Shown here: piece after piece, positions 28,172 to 37,532 of the stretch
Layout of the letters: the number at the start of each line of letters is the position of its first letter
How positions within the stretch are numbered: position 1 is the first letter of the stretch
Assembly (NCBI GenBank): GCA_965372715.1
Contig: CBDVDH010000019.1
Span: forward strand, 1-57,628
From: an uncultured bacterium
GTDB lineage: Bacteria; B130-G9
Length of the DNA stretch: 57,628 bases
Reading direction: 5' to 3'
Program-made: the position numbers and the translations under genes
Notes under the pieces: generated by a model
What the model was told of the DNA's origin: nothing
Seen by the model: only the letters and a program-made list of their open reading frames with translations
The model's database searches: none

Positions 28172-29406
28172 GCCGGAATCCTCATTCCCAGTGTTTGGGC
28201 AAAGCCGTCAATTGCCCTTCGCCAGCTGTTCAGATGGGATGATCCGTGTGAACCAGCAGAGTTGATCCCAGCTCTACGAAGCCTTGAATAAATATTCTCG
28301 GCATTCAGGATGACTTCCTTCACTTTGGCGAGGCGAGCGCCCACATTCTGCTCTCCGGACATGACGTCCTTTATCGTTTCCTGTATCGCTGCCCAATTAT
28401 ATAACATCAAATTGCCCGGCCGCCAGAATGAGTCCCTTGTAGGATCCACTGCAATATCCTCGTGGATCGACTTCTCCAAAATCACATCCGAGCGAGGCAC
28501 TACGGGCAGTATGGCATTAAACTCCGCTTGGGAGAAGGAGTTCAGAAGAGGTGTCGATAGATAGCGAGGCAGCGGGGCCCGCCAACCAGCCTTCTTGCCC
28601 TCGGGGAGGGCCGGTGGCGGTCGCATCGCCTTGGAGGAGAAACGTTTTAGATTGTGGAGCCATCCGAAGGCCGTTGCCTTCGCTCCTACAGCATGAAGAG
28701 GAATGCCCAGCAAATCAGTGTACCCAACAACTACATCCACATCCTGATCCTGTGCTCCGGCAAGAACATAGACAAGATACAGAAGATTCTTCAGGCGCTC
28801 CCAGTCGATCTCTTGTCCATATTTGCCATCCTCGCGATTAAGGACTACGTAGAATCCATCTGCCTGGAAATTAGTGATGACATCAAGAAAGGCCATGAGA
28901 TTATCAGTATCATCCAAGGCTGTCTCAGAGAATACAAGAGAAAGCAGAATCGGCAGTTCATCTCTCGAAGCCGATTTGAATTCAAGACTCGCGGCAGCCA
29001 TTTGAATAGCAGCGAGACGTCTCCAGTTCTCCCCAAGACTCCTTATTAGAACAGTCGGGCTGACCAAGTATGAAACCGGCAATCGCATCTGAAAATCAAG
29101 CACATCACTAGTATATCTTATAATGCTCGATGGAACGAAGAAATCCTCGCCCTTTAAATCTGGCCGGTAATAGTCATAATCTGGGAGCCGGCATTCCTTC
29201 AGGGGTGTTATCGTAGATAAATGAAATTGCGGGTCTAGAAGCAAGCTGGCACCGGGGAAGTCACGTCTCAAGCTCCCTGCCCATTCGATCAATTTCTCTG
29301 GCTTTTCGTTTCTGGGCCCGATAATGACTCCATCGACAATACCCAAGTTGAGTCCTCTATCGATCTTGTCTGACTTGCCATACCCGTGCTGCGCATAGAT
29401 TGTCAT
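28168..29406 (-). CDS. Hypothetical protein, putative TIM barrel (beta-protein/sce7725- or TGT-like)
   Basis: 412-aa ORF with ATGA overlaps on both sides; alternating beta/alpha pattern (GVIIGP, LLLDPQ, LVSPT, DGFYVV, VVVGY); fold is inferred. Confidence 0.55.
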   Translation of the reverse strand: MTIYAQHGYGKSDKIDRGLNLGIVDGVIIGPRNEKPEKLIEWAGSLRRDFPGASLLLDPQFHLSTITPLKECRLPDYDYYRPDLKGEDFFVPSSIIRYTSDVLDFQMRLPVSYLVSPTVLIRSLGENWRRLAAIQMAAASLEFKSASRDELPILLSLVFSETALDDTDNLMAFLDVITNFQADGFYVVLNREDGKYGQEIDWERLKNLLYLVYVLAGAQDQDVDVVVGYTDLLGIPLHAVGAKATAFGWLHNLKRFSSKAMRPPPALPEGKKAGWRAPLPRYLSTPLLNSFSQAEFNAILPVVPRSDVILEKSIHEDIAVDPTRDSFWRPGNLMLYNWAAIQETIKDVMSGEQNVGARLAKVKEVILNAENIYSRLRRAGINSAGSHGSSHLNSWRRAIDGFAQTLGMRIPA

Positions 29407-30338
29407 AATTCAGATTCCTCTGCATTCATTTTGATCGCCCGGAGCGCCGAGGTCATGCGTTCACAGCTTCGATAGCGAAGATGAGGTTCTTTGGCCAAGA
29501 CCCGCAGAATGACGTCCTCAAATTCTCTGGGCAAATCCCGGCGATAGAGCGTCGGACGATCGGGGGGATTGATACGAATTCTCTCATAGACTTCCGAATC
29601 AGAAAGGGCCAAACGGTGAAAGGGATGAACTCCAGTCGCAGCCTCATACAGCACTTGGCCCAGCAGGAACAAATCTGAGCGGAAATCCATGAGCCTCCTT
29701 TTGCCCAAGTCGAGTTGCTCCGGCGAATAGTAGGGGAAGGTACCAACAACAAAACCATGGCGAGTTAGGGATCGATCCGCCAAATCAAAGACCAAACCCA
29801 TATCAAGAAGGACGAAACTCCCATCCGAATCTCGCCGCATGATATTCTCCGGCTTGATGTCTCTGTGGATCTGTCGATGAACCCACAGATGCTGTATCGC
29901 TTCGGCAATGTTTAATCCGAGACGGATCAATTCAGGCGTGGCTAGAATGGACTTAGTGGTCAGAATCCGTCTGAGATTCTCACCGTCAATGAATTCCTCA
30001 CAGAAATAGATGAGTGACTGGCCTCTGAAATCAACATGGCGAGTAGGAATCGGGCCCAATTTGGCAATATATGGCGAATCACACAATCCCATGACCCGCA
30101 CCTCTCTTTCTATCCGGGCAGTCACATGATCGATTCTCTCTTGTATCACCTCGGAAGTTTCACCATGGTCTTTGCTCACTTCGACAAGTGCGAATTTCAC
30201 CACCCAGCGCTCGCCCTCGATGGTACATGGAAAGACAAGTTTCTGGCCCCCACGCATAGGCTCACCAATGTCGGACACCTCAGGCAATAGCTGAGAAACA
30301 TCATCGGCTGTAAGATTCGGAAGCACCATCCCCTGCAC
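29403..30338 (-). CDS. Hanks-type Ser/Thr protein kinase (stand-alone, cytoplasmic)
   Basis: GGQKLVF, VVK, IEREV, IHRDIKPENI, DMG, GTFPYYSPEQ, SDLFLLG. Confidence 0.93.
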   Translation of the reverse strand: MQGMVLPNLTADDVSQLLPEVSDIGEPMRGGQKLVFPCTIEGERWVVKFALVEVSKDHGETSEVIQERIDHVTARIEREVRVMGLCDSPYIAKLGPIPTRHVDFRGQSLIYFCEEFIDGENLRRILTTKSILATPELIRLGLNIAEAIQHLWVHRQIHRDIKPENIMRRDSDGSFVLLDMGLVFDLADRSLTRHGFVVGTFPYYSPEQLDLGKRRLMDFRSDLFLLGQVLYEAATGVHPFHRLALSDSEVYERIRINPPDRPTLYRRDLPREFEDVILRVLAKEPHLRYRSCERMTSALRAIKMNAEESEL

Positions 30339-30495
30339 CAGTCAAAAAAGTCCATTCCCTCGTCTATGAAGAGTATACAACCCATTGGGACTACTTTTCA
30401 AAGGTTTTCTGTGAATGAGAACCAACCAGGCGAGCCGGAATGGGTTTCCTGAATGCCATCGCGGCAAGGAGTGCGGTTGACGAATGAGATGAAGT

Positions 30496-30633
30496 CTAGC
30501 CCGCCCTCGCGGTCAGGCGCATCACAGGCGAGTCGAAAGTGAATGGTTTGCCGCGCATGTCGGGCAGGACCTCGATGTCAGCGAATCCCGCTCTCTCAAG
30601 GAGCGAGACCAGTTTATCCCCAAGGGACACGTC
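30496..30633 (-). pseudogene. 3-prime remnant of a paralogous SAM-methyltransferase gene
   Basis: WDKLVSLLERAGFADIEVLPDMRGKPFTFDSPVMRLTARAG* aligns with the neighbouring MTase C-terminus CHELIALLCSCGFCDVKAFGDLEGGPVTFDSRMMRLVAKRK*. Confidence 0.75.
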
Positions 30634-30694
30634 GGGCCAGCAGTCCGCTTTGTCCGTTACCTTCTGCTCTTCGTGTTCTTCGTGGCTTTGTGGT

Positions 30695-31472
30695 TCACTT
30701 CCTCTTGGCCACTAGGCGCATCATCCGCGAGTCGAATGTGACGGGACCACCCTCGAGGTCGCCAAACGCCTTGACGTCGCAGAAGCCGCAGCTGCACAGA
30801 AGCGCGATCAGCTCGTGACAGGAATAGACCCGCAGGTCCAGCGGCATCTCTGTGAGCTTTCCGTTTTCCAGAAAACGCCAGAGGCAACGATTGACGCTTG
30901 TAGCAAGGTCAAACTCTCGCTCCTCGATGACGACTAGGTCCTCATCCCCCGGCCACCAACCTCTCGGTTGGAAGTTCTTGATTATCCAGTCGCGGTTGAT
31001 GAGTTCGATAAAGAACTTGCCACCGTCAACCAGGCAATCCCTGAACTTCTGGACGATTGAGGCGTTGGTTTTCTCATCAAAGAGACCGAAACTGGTCCAC
31101 ATATTGATAACGAGATCGAACTTCCGCTCGAACGAGAGCTCGCGAACGTCCATCGGGATGAATTCGGCTTCAACATCCTCTGATTCCGCTCGCTTCCGCG
31201 CCTCGTTCAGGTAGCTCTCAAAGCGATCGACGCCAACGACGTTGTAGCCTCGTCTGGCGAGCTCAATACAGTGCCGACCATAGCCACAGCAGGCATCGAG
31301 GACGCTCGCTCCGGGGGGAGATGCCCGTCTTGTCGATTATGCAATCAACCTGTTTCAGCGTGGCCTCATCCGAACGGGTCGCTATTACCCGGCCAAACTG
31401 CGCCGCGAAGAAATCGTCCGTCCAGTGTTTTTCAAGTTTCAAGTTTCAAGTTTCAAGTTTCAAGTTGGTCAT
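30695..31472 (-). pseudogene. Class I SAM-dependent methyltransferase, frameshifted (or sequencing error)
   Basis: VLDACCGYGRH motif I lies upstream of the listed ORF; N-terminal HWTDDFF...IDKTGIS is in another frame, joined across G6 at 31313-31318. Confidence 0.75.
31433..31466. repeat. Heptamer tandem repeat (CAAGTTT) x~5
   Basis: Read directly; lies at the 5-prime end of the methyltransferase gene. Confidence 0.9.
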
Positions 31473-31511
31473 TGCAGACTTAGGGGCAGACTCGGGCATC
31501 TGCCGTCAATT

Positions 31512-32618
31512 TCAGCCCTTCTTGGTGAAGAAGAGGCCGTTCTGGACGAGGCCTTTCTGTGTGATCAGGACACGCTTTTTCTCATCGTCGATAGTTGTCC
31601 CAATTCTGTCGCAAGTTGCGCCGTACTTGCCGGCGATCTCGCCAACCCGAGCGATTACGTTGGAATCCTCGGGAACGATGAGACAGAAGCCCATACTCAT
31701 GTTGAAGACACGGAACATCTCCTCGTCGGGGAGCTTGCCCCATTCTTGGAGCAGCGAGAATATCGGCTGGGGCTCAGGTAGAGCTTCAATCTCGAAGCCC
31801 ACGTTCTCGGCTGCGATTCGGTTGAGATTCAGAAGGCCACCGCCAGTGATGTTGATTAGCGCCTTGATGGGCAGTTTCTCGTCGAGGATTTCGAGCACCT
31901 CCGGCACGTAGATGTGCGTCGGCGTCAGGAGCTCTTCGCCTATCGTTTTCCCAAGGCTCTCGTTGTAGGTCGAAACGTCCAGGCTCATTTTGTCGAAGAC
32001 CACCTTGCGGACTAGAGAGTAGCCGTTGCTATGCAGGCCAGAACTCGAGAGCGCAAGGATGGCGTCGCCTGGCCTGACATCCCTGCCAACGACCACTCTG
32101 TCCTTTTGCACCAGCCCAACACATGTCGCAGCGAGGTCGAAACCACGACTGCGTCTTACCCCGGTGATGATCGGCGCCACCTGCGCCACCTCGCCGCCGC
32201 ATATCGAGGCGCGGGACAATCTGGCGCCCTCGTATAGGCCCTCTGCAATTGCCTCCAGAAAGTCTGGGTCGGGCTCCTGGACCGCAAGATAGTCAACGAT
32301 AGTAATCGGCGCCGCGCCGACGCAGATCAGGTCGTTGACGTTCATAGCGACGCAGTCGATTCCGATTGTGTCATATTTGGCCATCATTTGGGCGATGAGA
32401 ACTTTGGTTCCAACGCCGTCGGTGCAGATTGCCATATACTCTGGCAAGCCGATGTCTATCAAGGCGGCAAAGAACGAGAGGTCGGTGATTGGTCGCGCAC
32501 GGTCGTTGAATTCAAACGTTCGGGACAGTACCCGGCGGAGGCGCGCTACTCCTTCGCCTTCCATTTCAGCCTTTACTCCCGCCTGATCATATGGGTGATC
32601 GCTCGAAACACTGGTCAT
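31512..32618 (-). CDS. purM: Phosphoribosylformylglycinamidine cyclo-ligase
   Basis: YDQAGV; TDGVGTK; VAMNVND; SSGLHSNGYSL; ITGGG; MFRVFNM. Confidence 0.95.
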   Translation of the reverse strand: MTSVSSDHPYDQAGVKAEMEGEGVARLRRVLSRTFEFNDRARPITDLSFFAALIDIGLPEYMAICTDGVGTKVLIAQMMAKYDTIGIDCVAMNVNDLICVGAAPITIVDYLAVQEPDPDFLEAIAEGLYEGARLSRASICGGEVAQVAPIITGVRRSRGFDLAATCVGLVQKDRVVVGRDVRPGDAILALSSSGLHSNGYSLVRKVVFDKMSLDVSTYNESLGKTIGEELLTPTHIYVPEVLEILDEKLPIKALINITGGGLLNLNRIAAENVGFEIEALPEPQPIFSLLQEWGKLPDEEMFRVFNMSMGFCLIVPEDSNVIARVGEIAGKYGATCDRIGTTIDDEKKRVLITQKGLVQNGLFFTKKG

Positions 32619-32723
32619 CTGCTGTCTCCATGACCTGACAAAACGGATGTTGACAACTCATTGATCTATGAGACTATACTCGCAGGGGAGCAGAGTAAAG
32701 AGTTCAATCATAGGAGTTAAAAA

Positions 32724-33530
32724 GTGAGAGCAAGTCAGTTTAGTCCATTATTGATTGCGTTCGTGGCGCTTCAGTTTGCTGCGTTTGCGTCGGGAGAGGC
32801 GAGACTTGAGGCGCCGGAGTTCAAGGTCGGCGAGTGGGTTTCATACACGATGACGAAGGACATGAAGGACGGCACAAAGCAGACGCTTGAGACCACGTAT
32901 TCGATCGTCGGCGCGGAGCAATACGAAGGTCAGGATTGCCTTTGGCATGAGATGACGTTCGAAATAAGCAAGAAGCGGATAACTGTTTACAGGGTGCTGC
33001 TGCCCACCACAGAAAAAGTGTCGGCGGAAACGATGTTGTGTTATATTTCCCTTGTGGCGAACATCGGCGATGCAAAACGTTACATACTCTGGGCGCCTGG
33101 GGCCCGGCCTACCGAGGCTGACATGGGCGTCTTGAAAGCTGTGAACGACGACTTGATTGTGAAGGGAAAAAGAAAGGGTTTCGCCCAAGAGGAGCCGATC
33201 AAATCCCTTGATGAAATGAAGCTCAGGCAGAAGACCGTCATCGTGAAGACGGACGGAAAAGAACTTACTTGTCAGCATTTCGCGGCGACGCTCAAGAGTG
33301 AGTTGTCGAAGCACAGGGAATGGAGGTATCAGGTCTGGCGCAGTCACACTATACCGGTTTTCGGTTTCGCCCGATTAAAATGTGAAAAGGTGTTGTTCGG
33401 TAAGTCTGAGCTAATGGAGCTTACGATCAAGGGCTTCGGATTTTCTGGCGCCAAATCGGTCGTGCCTGGAGAACTTATAAAGGCGAATATGAGCATAGGA
33501 AAGGGGCCTTCAGCTCCAAAACCAGAATAG
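32724..33530 (+). CDS. Hypothetical exported protein
   Basis: AGGAG RBS; signal peptide; beta-rich body. Confidence 0.7.
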   Translation: MRASQFSPLLIAFVALQFAAFASGEARLEAPEFKVGEWVSYTMTKDMKDGTKQTLETTYSIVGAEQYEGQDCLWHEMTFEISKKRITVYRVLLPTTEKVSAETMLCYISLVANIGDAKRYILWAPGARPTEADMGVLKAVNDDLIVKGKRKGFAQEEPIKSLDEMKLRQKTVIVKTDGKELTCQHFAATLKSELSKHREWRYQVWRSHTIPVFGFARLKCEKVLFGKSELMELTIKGFGFSGAKSVVPGELIKANMSIGKGPSAPKPE

Positions 33531-33539
33531 ACCCTGGAG

Positions 33540-33995
33540 GTGCTCAAGATCATGTCACGGCATTATAAGCTTCCGTTCATATTCTTGCTGGCTTGCTTGT
33601 ATGCCGCCATCTTCTGCAGCGGCTGTTCCGAAAGAGAAATCGATCTTACAAGCCCCGAGAGCACTATCCGCACCTACGTCAACGCCCACAATTCTGGGAA
33701 TGATCAGGCAACGCGGAAATGCGGTGTGGCTACCAGCCTCAGAGACGTTTTCACAGTGGTCGATTATGACGTGAACAGCAAGAAGATCAATATCCCGATA
33801 GATGGGATAGAGTATAAAATACTGAGGTCCACGCCCGGCAGGGAAAGCGTAACCAGGATGTTCACGACGAGAGACATGACGCTCCAAATCCGTTTTTCAT
33901 CGAAATACTACAGAGCATTCGACAAGACTGTTGAAGTGAGGTTGGAGTGCCGGCGCACCGTGTACGACGAAGAGGACACCTGGCAGATTTTATAG
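33540..33995 (+). CDS. Hypothetical lipoprotein
   Basis: Hydrophobic signal ending CSGC; SPESTIRTYVNA. Confidence 0.65.
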   Translation: MLKIMSRHYKLPFIFLLACLYAAIFCSGCSEREIDLTSPESTIRTYVNAHNSGNDQATRKCGVATSLRDVFTVVDYDVNSKKINIPIDGIEYKILRSTPGRESVTRMFTTRDMTLQIRFSSKYYRAFDKTVEVRLECRRTVYDEEDTWQIL

Positions 33996-34068
33996 CCCGA
34001 TCTTTCTCCTCGGAGGGAGCCCGACCGATAGTCGCGTGCGATGTTGTGTAGGGGCGAACGCGAGTGCT

Positions 34069-35748
34069 CTAGGACTTGAGGAATGAGAAAAGCAGAGCGA
34101 TCGCAAGGACGATCGCGGCGATAAACCCCAATACTGAGTATAGGAATGCGCCCGATGGCTGGGAGCCTATCTCAACCGAAGCAAGGAATGAACACCCGAT
34201 TATCAGAGCGCTAATGATCATCCCGAGCGTCAGTCTATAGCCGACCTTTTCGAGCCGGGACGAGAACCCCTCCAGGCCTTTGTGCACAAACCCAATTTCC
34301 ATTTGGCTCTCCTTCAGCCGGTTCAGAAGCGAAGATATGTCCCCGGGCAGCGTCTTGGACAACTTCGCGTAGTGGCCCAACGTCTCGAATGCGTTCTTGA
34401 CCATCTGGACCGGCCCGAGCTTTTCTCGCACGAATTTCTCCACAAAGGGCCTCGCAAACTCGAGCATGTTGAAGTCCGGATCAAGACGGCGCCCAAAGCC
34501 CTCGATCGTAATCAGCGCCTTCGACAGAAGCATGAGGTCCCTCGGGAAGACTATACCATGGCGCTGCATGATCTGCCTCAGGTCCGAGAACAACGACGTT
34601 ACCATTACGTTCTTGAGCGGGACGTCAACATAAAGATCGCACATCTCAAGCGTGTCCCGAATGAACGCATTTCTATTGAAGTTGGCCATCGGAACTTGGC
34701 TCTCAAGCACGATGTCAGCAACTTTGTCCGGCCTGTTCTGCGAGATTGCGACCAGAATCTCCGCGATCATGCGCCTCGTCTCCGGATCGGTTCTGCCAAC
34801 CATGCCGTAATCCACAAGACCCAGTCTGTTCCCGGGGAGCAGAAACATGTTGCCGGGGTGCGGGTCCGCATGAAATAGACCATGCGAGAGTATCTGTTTC
34901 AGAACGATCTTGGCGCCCTTCCGGGCCAAGTCCCTGCGAACGTCCATCGACAAGTCCTCGAAATTGACCCTGGACAGTTTCCTGCCCATCAGCCTCTCCT
35001 GGGTCAGAACCCCTTGGCTGCAATAGTCCCAATAGACATCTGGCACGTGAATCGTATCGTCGCCCTCGAAGTTCGACGCGAAACGCTGCATGATGCGGCC
35101 CTCTCGCCCCAAATCCACCTCTTTTGAGATCGAGATCGACAACTCATCCACCAAACCCACCGGGTCCATAAGCTCCGACTCCGGAAAGTGCTTGGCAACG
35201 AGGCGCGCTATCTCTCGAAGGATGGCAAGATCGGTCTCTATCACCCGTTCTAGGCCAGGCCGAACCACCTTCACCACAACCTCCTCGCCTGATACAAGCC
35301 GGGCAGAATGAACCTGGGCTATTGAAGCGCTGGCAAAAGCCTCCTGGCTGAAAACCTCGAACATCTCCTTGATCGGGCGTTTCAGTTCGGCCTCGACTCT
35401 TGCCCTAATGCTTTCTCCGGTTACTGGAGCAACCTCGTCCAAGAGCTTCGTCAGCTCCCGCGCGTATGCCGCCGGGATTAGGTCTGGTCTGGTGCTCAAC
35501 ACCTGGCCCAGCTTCACAAACGTAGGTCCAAGCTCCTCCATCGCCATCCTCACCCGCATCGGCCTGGTATGCGATGCCACTTCTTTGGGAGCCTTGCGCC
35601 GGGTTACGATGCGGTTCATCCAGCCCAAATAGTGATCAATCCTGAGCGACGAGACGAGATCGCCCAGACCATATTTCACGAGAATGGCCACGACTTGCCT
35701 AAGCCGGCGGATGTTCTGATACGTTTGGTCTATACGCAGAATGGACAT
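34069..35748 (-). CDS. ubiB: ABC1/UbiB family kinase
   Basis: ELGPTFVKLGQVLSTRPD; ASASIAQVH; VVVKV; FHADPHPGN; DYGMVG. Confidence 0.93.
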   Translation of the reverse strand: MSILRIDQTYQNIRRLRQVVAILVKYGLGDLVSSLRIDHYLGWMNRIVTRRKAPKEVASHTRPMRVRMAMEELGPTFVKLGQVLSTRPDLIPAAYARELTKLLDEVAPVTGESIRARVEAELKRPIKEMFEVFSQEAFASASIAQVHSARLVSGEEVVVKVVRPGLERVIETDLAILREIARLVAKHFPESELMDPVGLVDELSISISKEVDLGREGRIMQRFASNFEGDDTIHVPDVYWDYCSQGVLTQERLMGRKLSRVNFEDLSMDVRRDLARKGAKIVLKQILSHGLFHADPHPGNMFLLPGNRLGLVDYGMVGRTDPETRRMIAEILVAISQNRPDKVADIVLESQVPMANFNRNAFIRDTLEMCDLYVDVPLKNVMVTSLFSDLRQIMQRHGIVFPRDLMLLSKALITIEGFGRRLDPDFNMLEFARPFVEKFVREKLGPVQMVKNAFETLGHYAKLSKTLPGDISSLLNRLKESQMEIGFVHKGLEGFSSRLEKVGYRLTLGMIISALIIGCSFLASVEIGSQPSGAFLYSVLGFIAAIVLAIALLFSFLKS

Positions 35749-35829
35749 GGTCTTTTGCCTCGTCTCATAGGGGGTTTCCGTTTAGGAAAACGGGGCGAAA
35801 GAGAAATGGAGTATGGGGCAAAAGAGAGA

Positions 35830-35980
35830 AAGCCCAACCTGCGTAAGGGCACCACTCGTCTCCACCCGTTTCAACGCCCGTGGACCTCAGGAAGCATCGC
35901 GCGACACAAGACTATCACCCACTCATGGGATGGCCGGTGAAAGCCGGTGAGAAAAATTCAGTGAACACGGCCGGTTGTCC
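35830..35980. ncRNA. Candidate rod-shaped structured RNA (6S-like?)
   Basis: Nested long-range complementarity between the two ends plus a CCGGT-GAAA-GCCGG hairpin; no credible ORF. Confidence 0.3.
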
Positions 35981-35994
35981 GGCAAAAGGTAACG

Positions 35995-37215
35995 CTATTC
36001 GCCTTTTTTCTCCTTCTCGGCTTCTTCTTTCTTCTCAGGCGCCGCTTCTTCATCGGCTTTTGCTTTCTCTTTGTCCTTTTCTACTTCTTCGTCTGGCTTG
36101 GGCTCAGCTTCAGCCTCCGGCGCGTCCGCTGGCGGTTTCTTTTCGGCCTTCTTCTCGGCAGATTCTTTCTCCTCCGCCAAACCAGGCTCTTCCTCCTTCG
36201 CCGGGGCCTCTTTCAAAGCCTGTCTGGCCCGCTCATCTTCAGCGAGCTGCTCCGCTGTCTTCAGTATCCTAAACTTGTAGGACTTTAGAGACGACCGAAC
36301 CCACCTGGTTGCTCCCTTATAGACAGCCACCTGAACGTAATGCGGTCGTCCATCCGCGGTAACATCGGGGTCGGTCTCGTAGGTCAGGATCGTCGCCTGG
36401 GCCCGGATGTCCTTAGAGATGCTTTCATAGGCCGCTGGCAGCGATTCTTCGGTCGGTGCGGTGAAGATATTGCCCTTGGTCTCGCGGCAGATACGCGAGA
36501 ACGTTCTTCTGTCCGCTTCAAGGCCTAGCGCCACGAAGAAAATCCTTACGTCGTGTTCCTTTGCGAACCGTATAGCAGTGAACCATTCCCGAACGCTGTT
36601 ATTGTCTTCGCCGTCGCTCAACACGATTATCACCTTGGTCGCATCGTGGTACGCCGGGAAAAAGCTATCGCTAGCGTCAGCGATAGCATCGTATATGGCG
36701 GTTTGGCCACGAGGCTTCAGCTTCGCGATCTGCTCTTGGATTAGCTCGGTGTCGTTTGTGAAATCCTGAACAACGGGCGTATAACCGCGCCAACTGTTGA
36801 ATTCCATCACCATTACTTTGTCGTCGGGCCCGAGTCGGTCAAGATACGTCTCGACACCCTCAGCCACCTTCTCCATCCTGCCAAGCATGCTGCCGCTGGT
36901 GTCGATCAAAAAAACGGTGGCGGTCATGCGAGACGACTCCGCCATAAAGTCAGTGATCGGTATCTCGTCCTCAAAAAGCCTGAGCGAAAGATCACCATTG
37001 AATGGGATCAGGTTACCAGCGTAGTCGCGGAAGATTATCTCGCAGCTGACGGTCGGGTACTTCGAAATGTCAAGGTTGACAATCTTCAGAACTGCGGGTC
37101 TCAGGCCCGGCGGGAATTCGGTCTCGGAATACCCGAGCGAGTAGATAAAAAGCGTGCAGACTAAAACAAGGATAAACGCCCCATGAGCGCGAAAACTGCG
37201 CCTCGCCTGACTCAC
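35995..37215 (-). CDS. Exported VWA-domain protein with a charged low-complexity tail
   Basis: MIDAS DTSGSM; TAIYDAI; LSDGEDN; E/K/A-rich C-terminus. Confidence 0.9.
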   Translation of the reverse strand: MSQARRSFRAHGAFILVLVCTLFIYSLGYSETEFPPGLRPAVLKIVNLDISKYPTVSCEIIFRDYAGNLIPFNGDLSLRLFEDEIPITDFMAESSRMTATVFLIDTSGSMLGRMEKVAEGVETYLDRLGPDDKVMVMEFNSWRGYTPVVQDFTNDTELIQEQIAKLKPRGQTAIYDAIADASDSFFPAYHDATKVIIVLSDGEDNNSVREWFTAIRFAKEHDVRIFFVALGLEADRRTFSRICRETKGNIFTAPTEESLPAAYESISKDIRAQATILTYETDPDVTADGRPHYVQVAVYKGATRWVRSSLKSYKFRILKTAEQLAEDERARQALKEAPAKEEEPGLAEEKESAEKKAEKKPPADAPEAEAEPKPDEEVEKDKEKAKADEEAAPEKKEEAEKEKKGE

Positions 37216-37532
37216 TGCAATCTCCTTTCGACTTTTGAGAATACGGTCGGAACTGTGAGAGACAGTTCCCCAACTAAACAGCCCACCATATCTTTATACA
37301 ATGGCAGATTACCATAAGCACGCTTGCCGAATCAACCCAAAGCCTGCGAGTTTCCTCGCCGGGGAAACGGGACAAAAGGAGAAAGGGAAAAAAGGGGAAG
37401 GGGGATTGACCAGTAGTCGCCTCCTTGCGTAATCCCTCACGAACTGTGCGGCCATGGGGGCTGGCTCGACCAAACCGAAGCCGATGTCTAACGTGTGGCG
37501 GCGCTCAGCCTCGCCGAAAGACAGTTCCCACC

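Noticed and set aside
31446-31448. In-frame TGA as possible selenocysteine
   Set aside because: It arises from the heptamer repeat in a non-catalytic N-terminus, and no SECIS-like hairpin was recognised.
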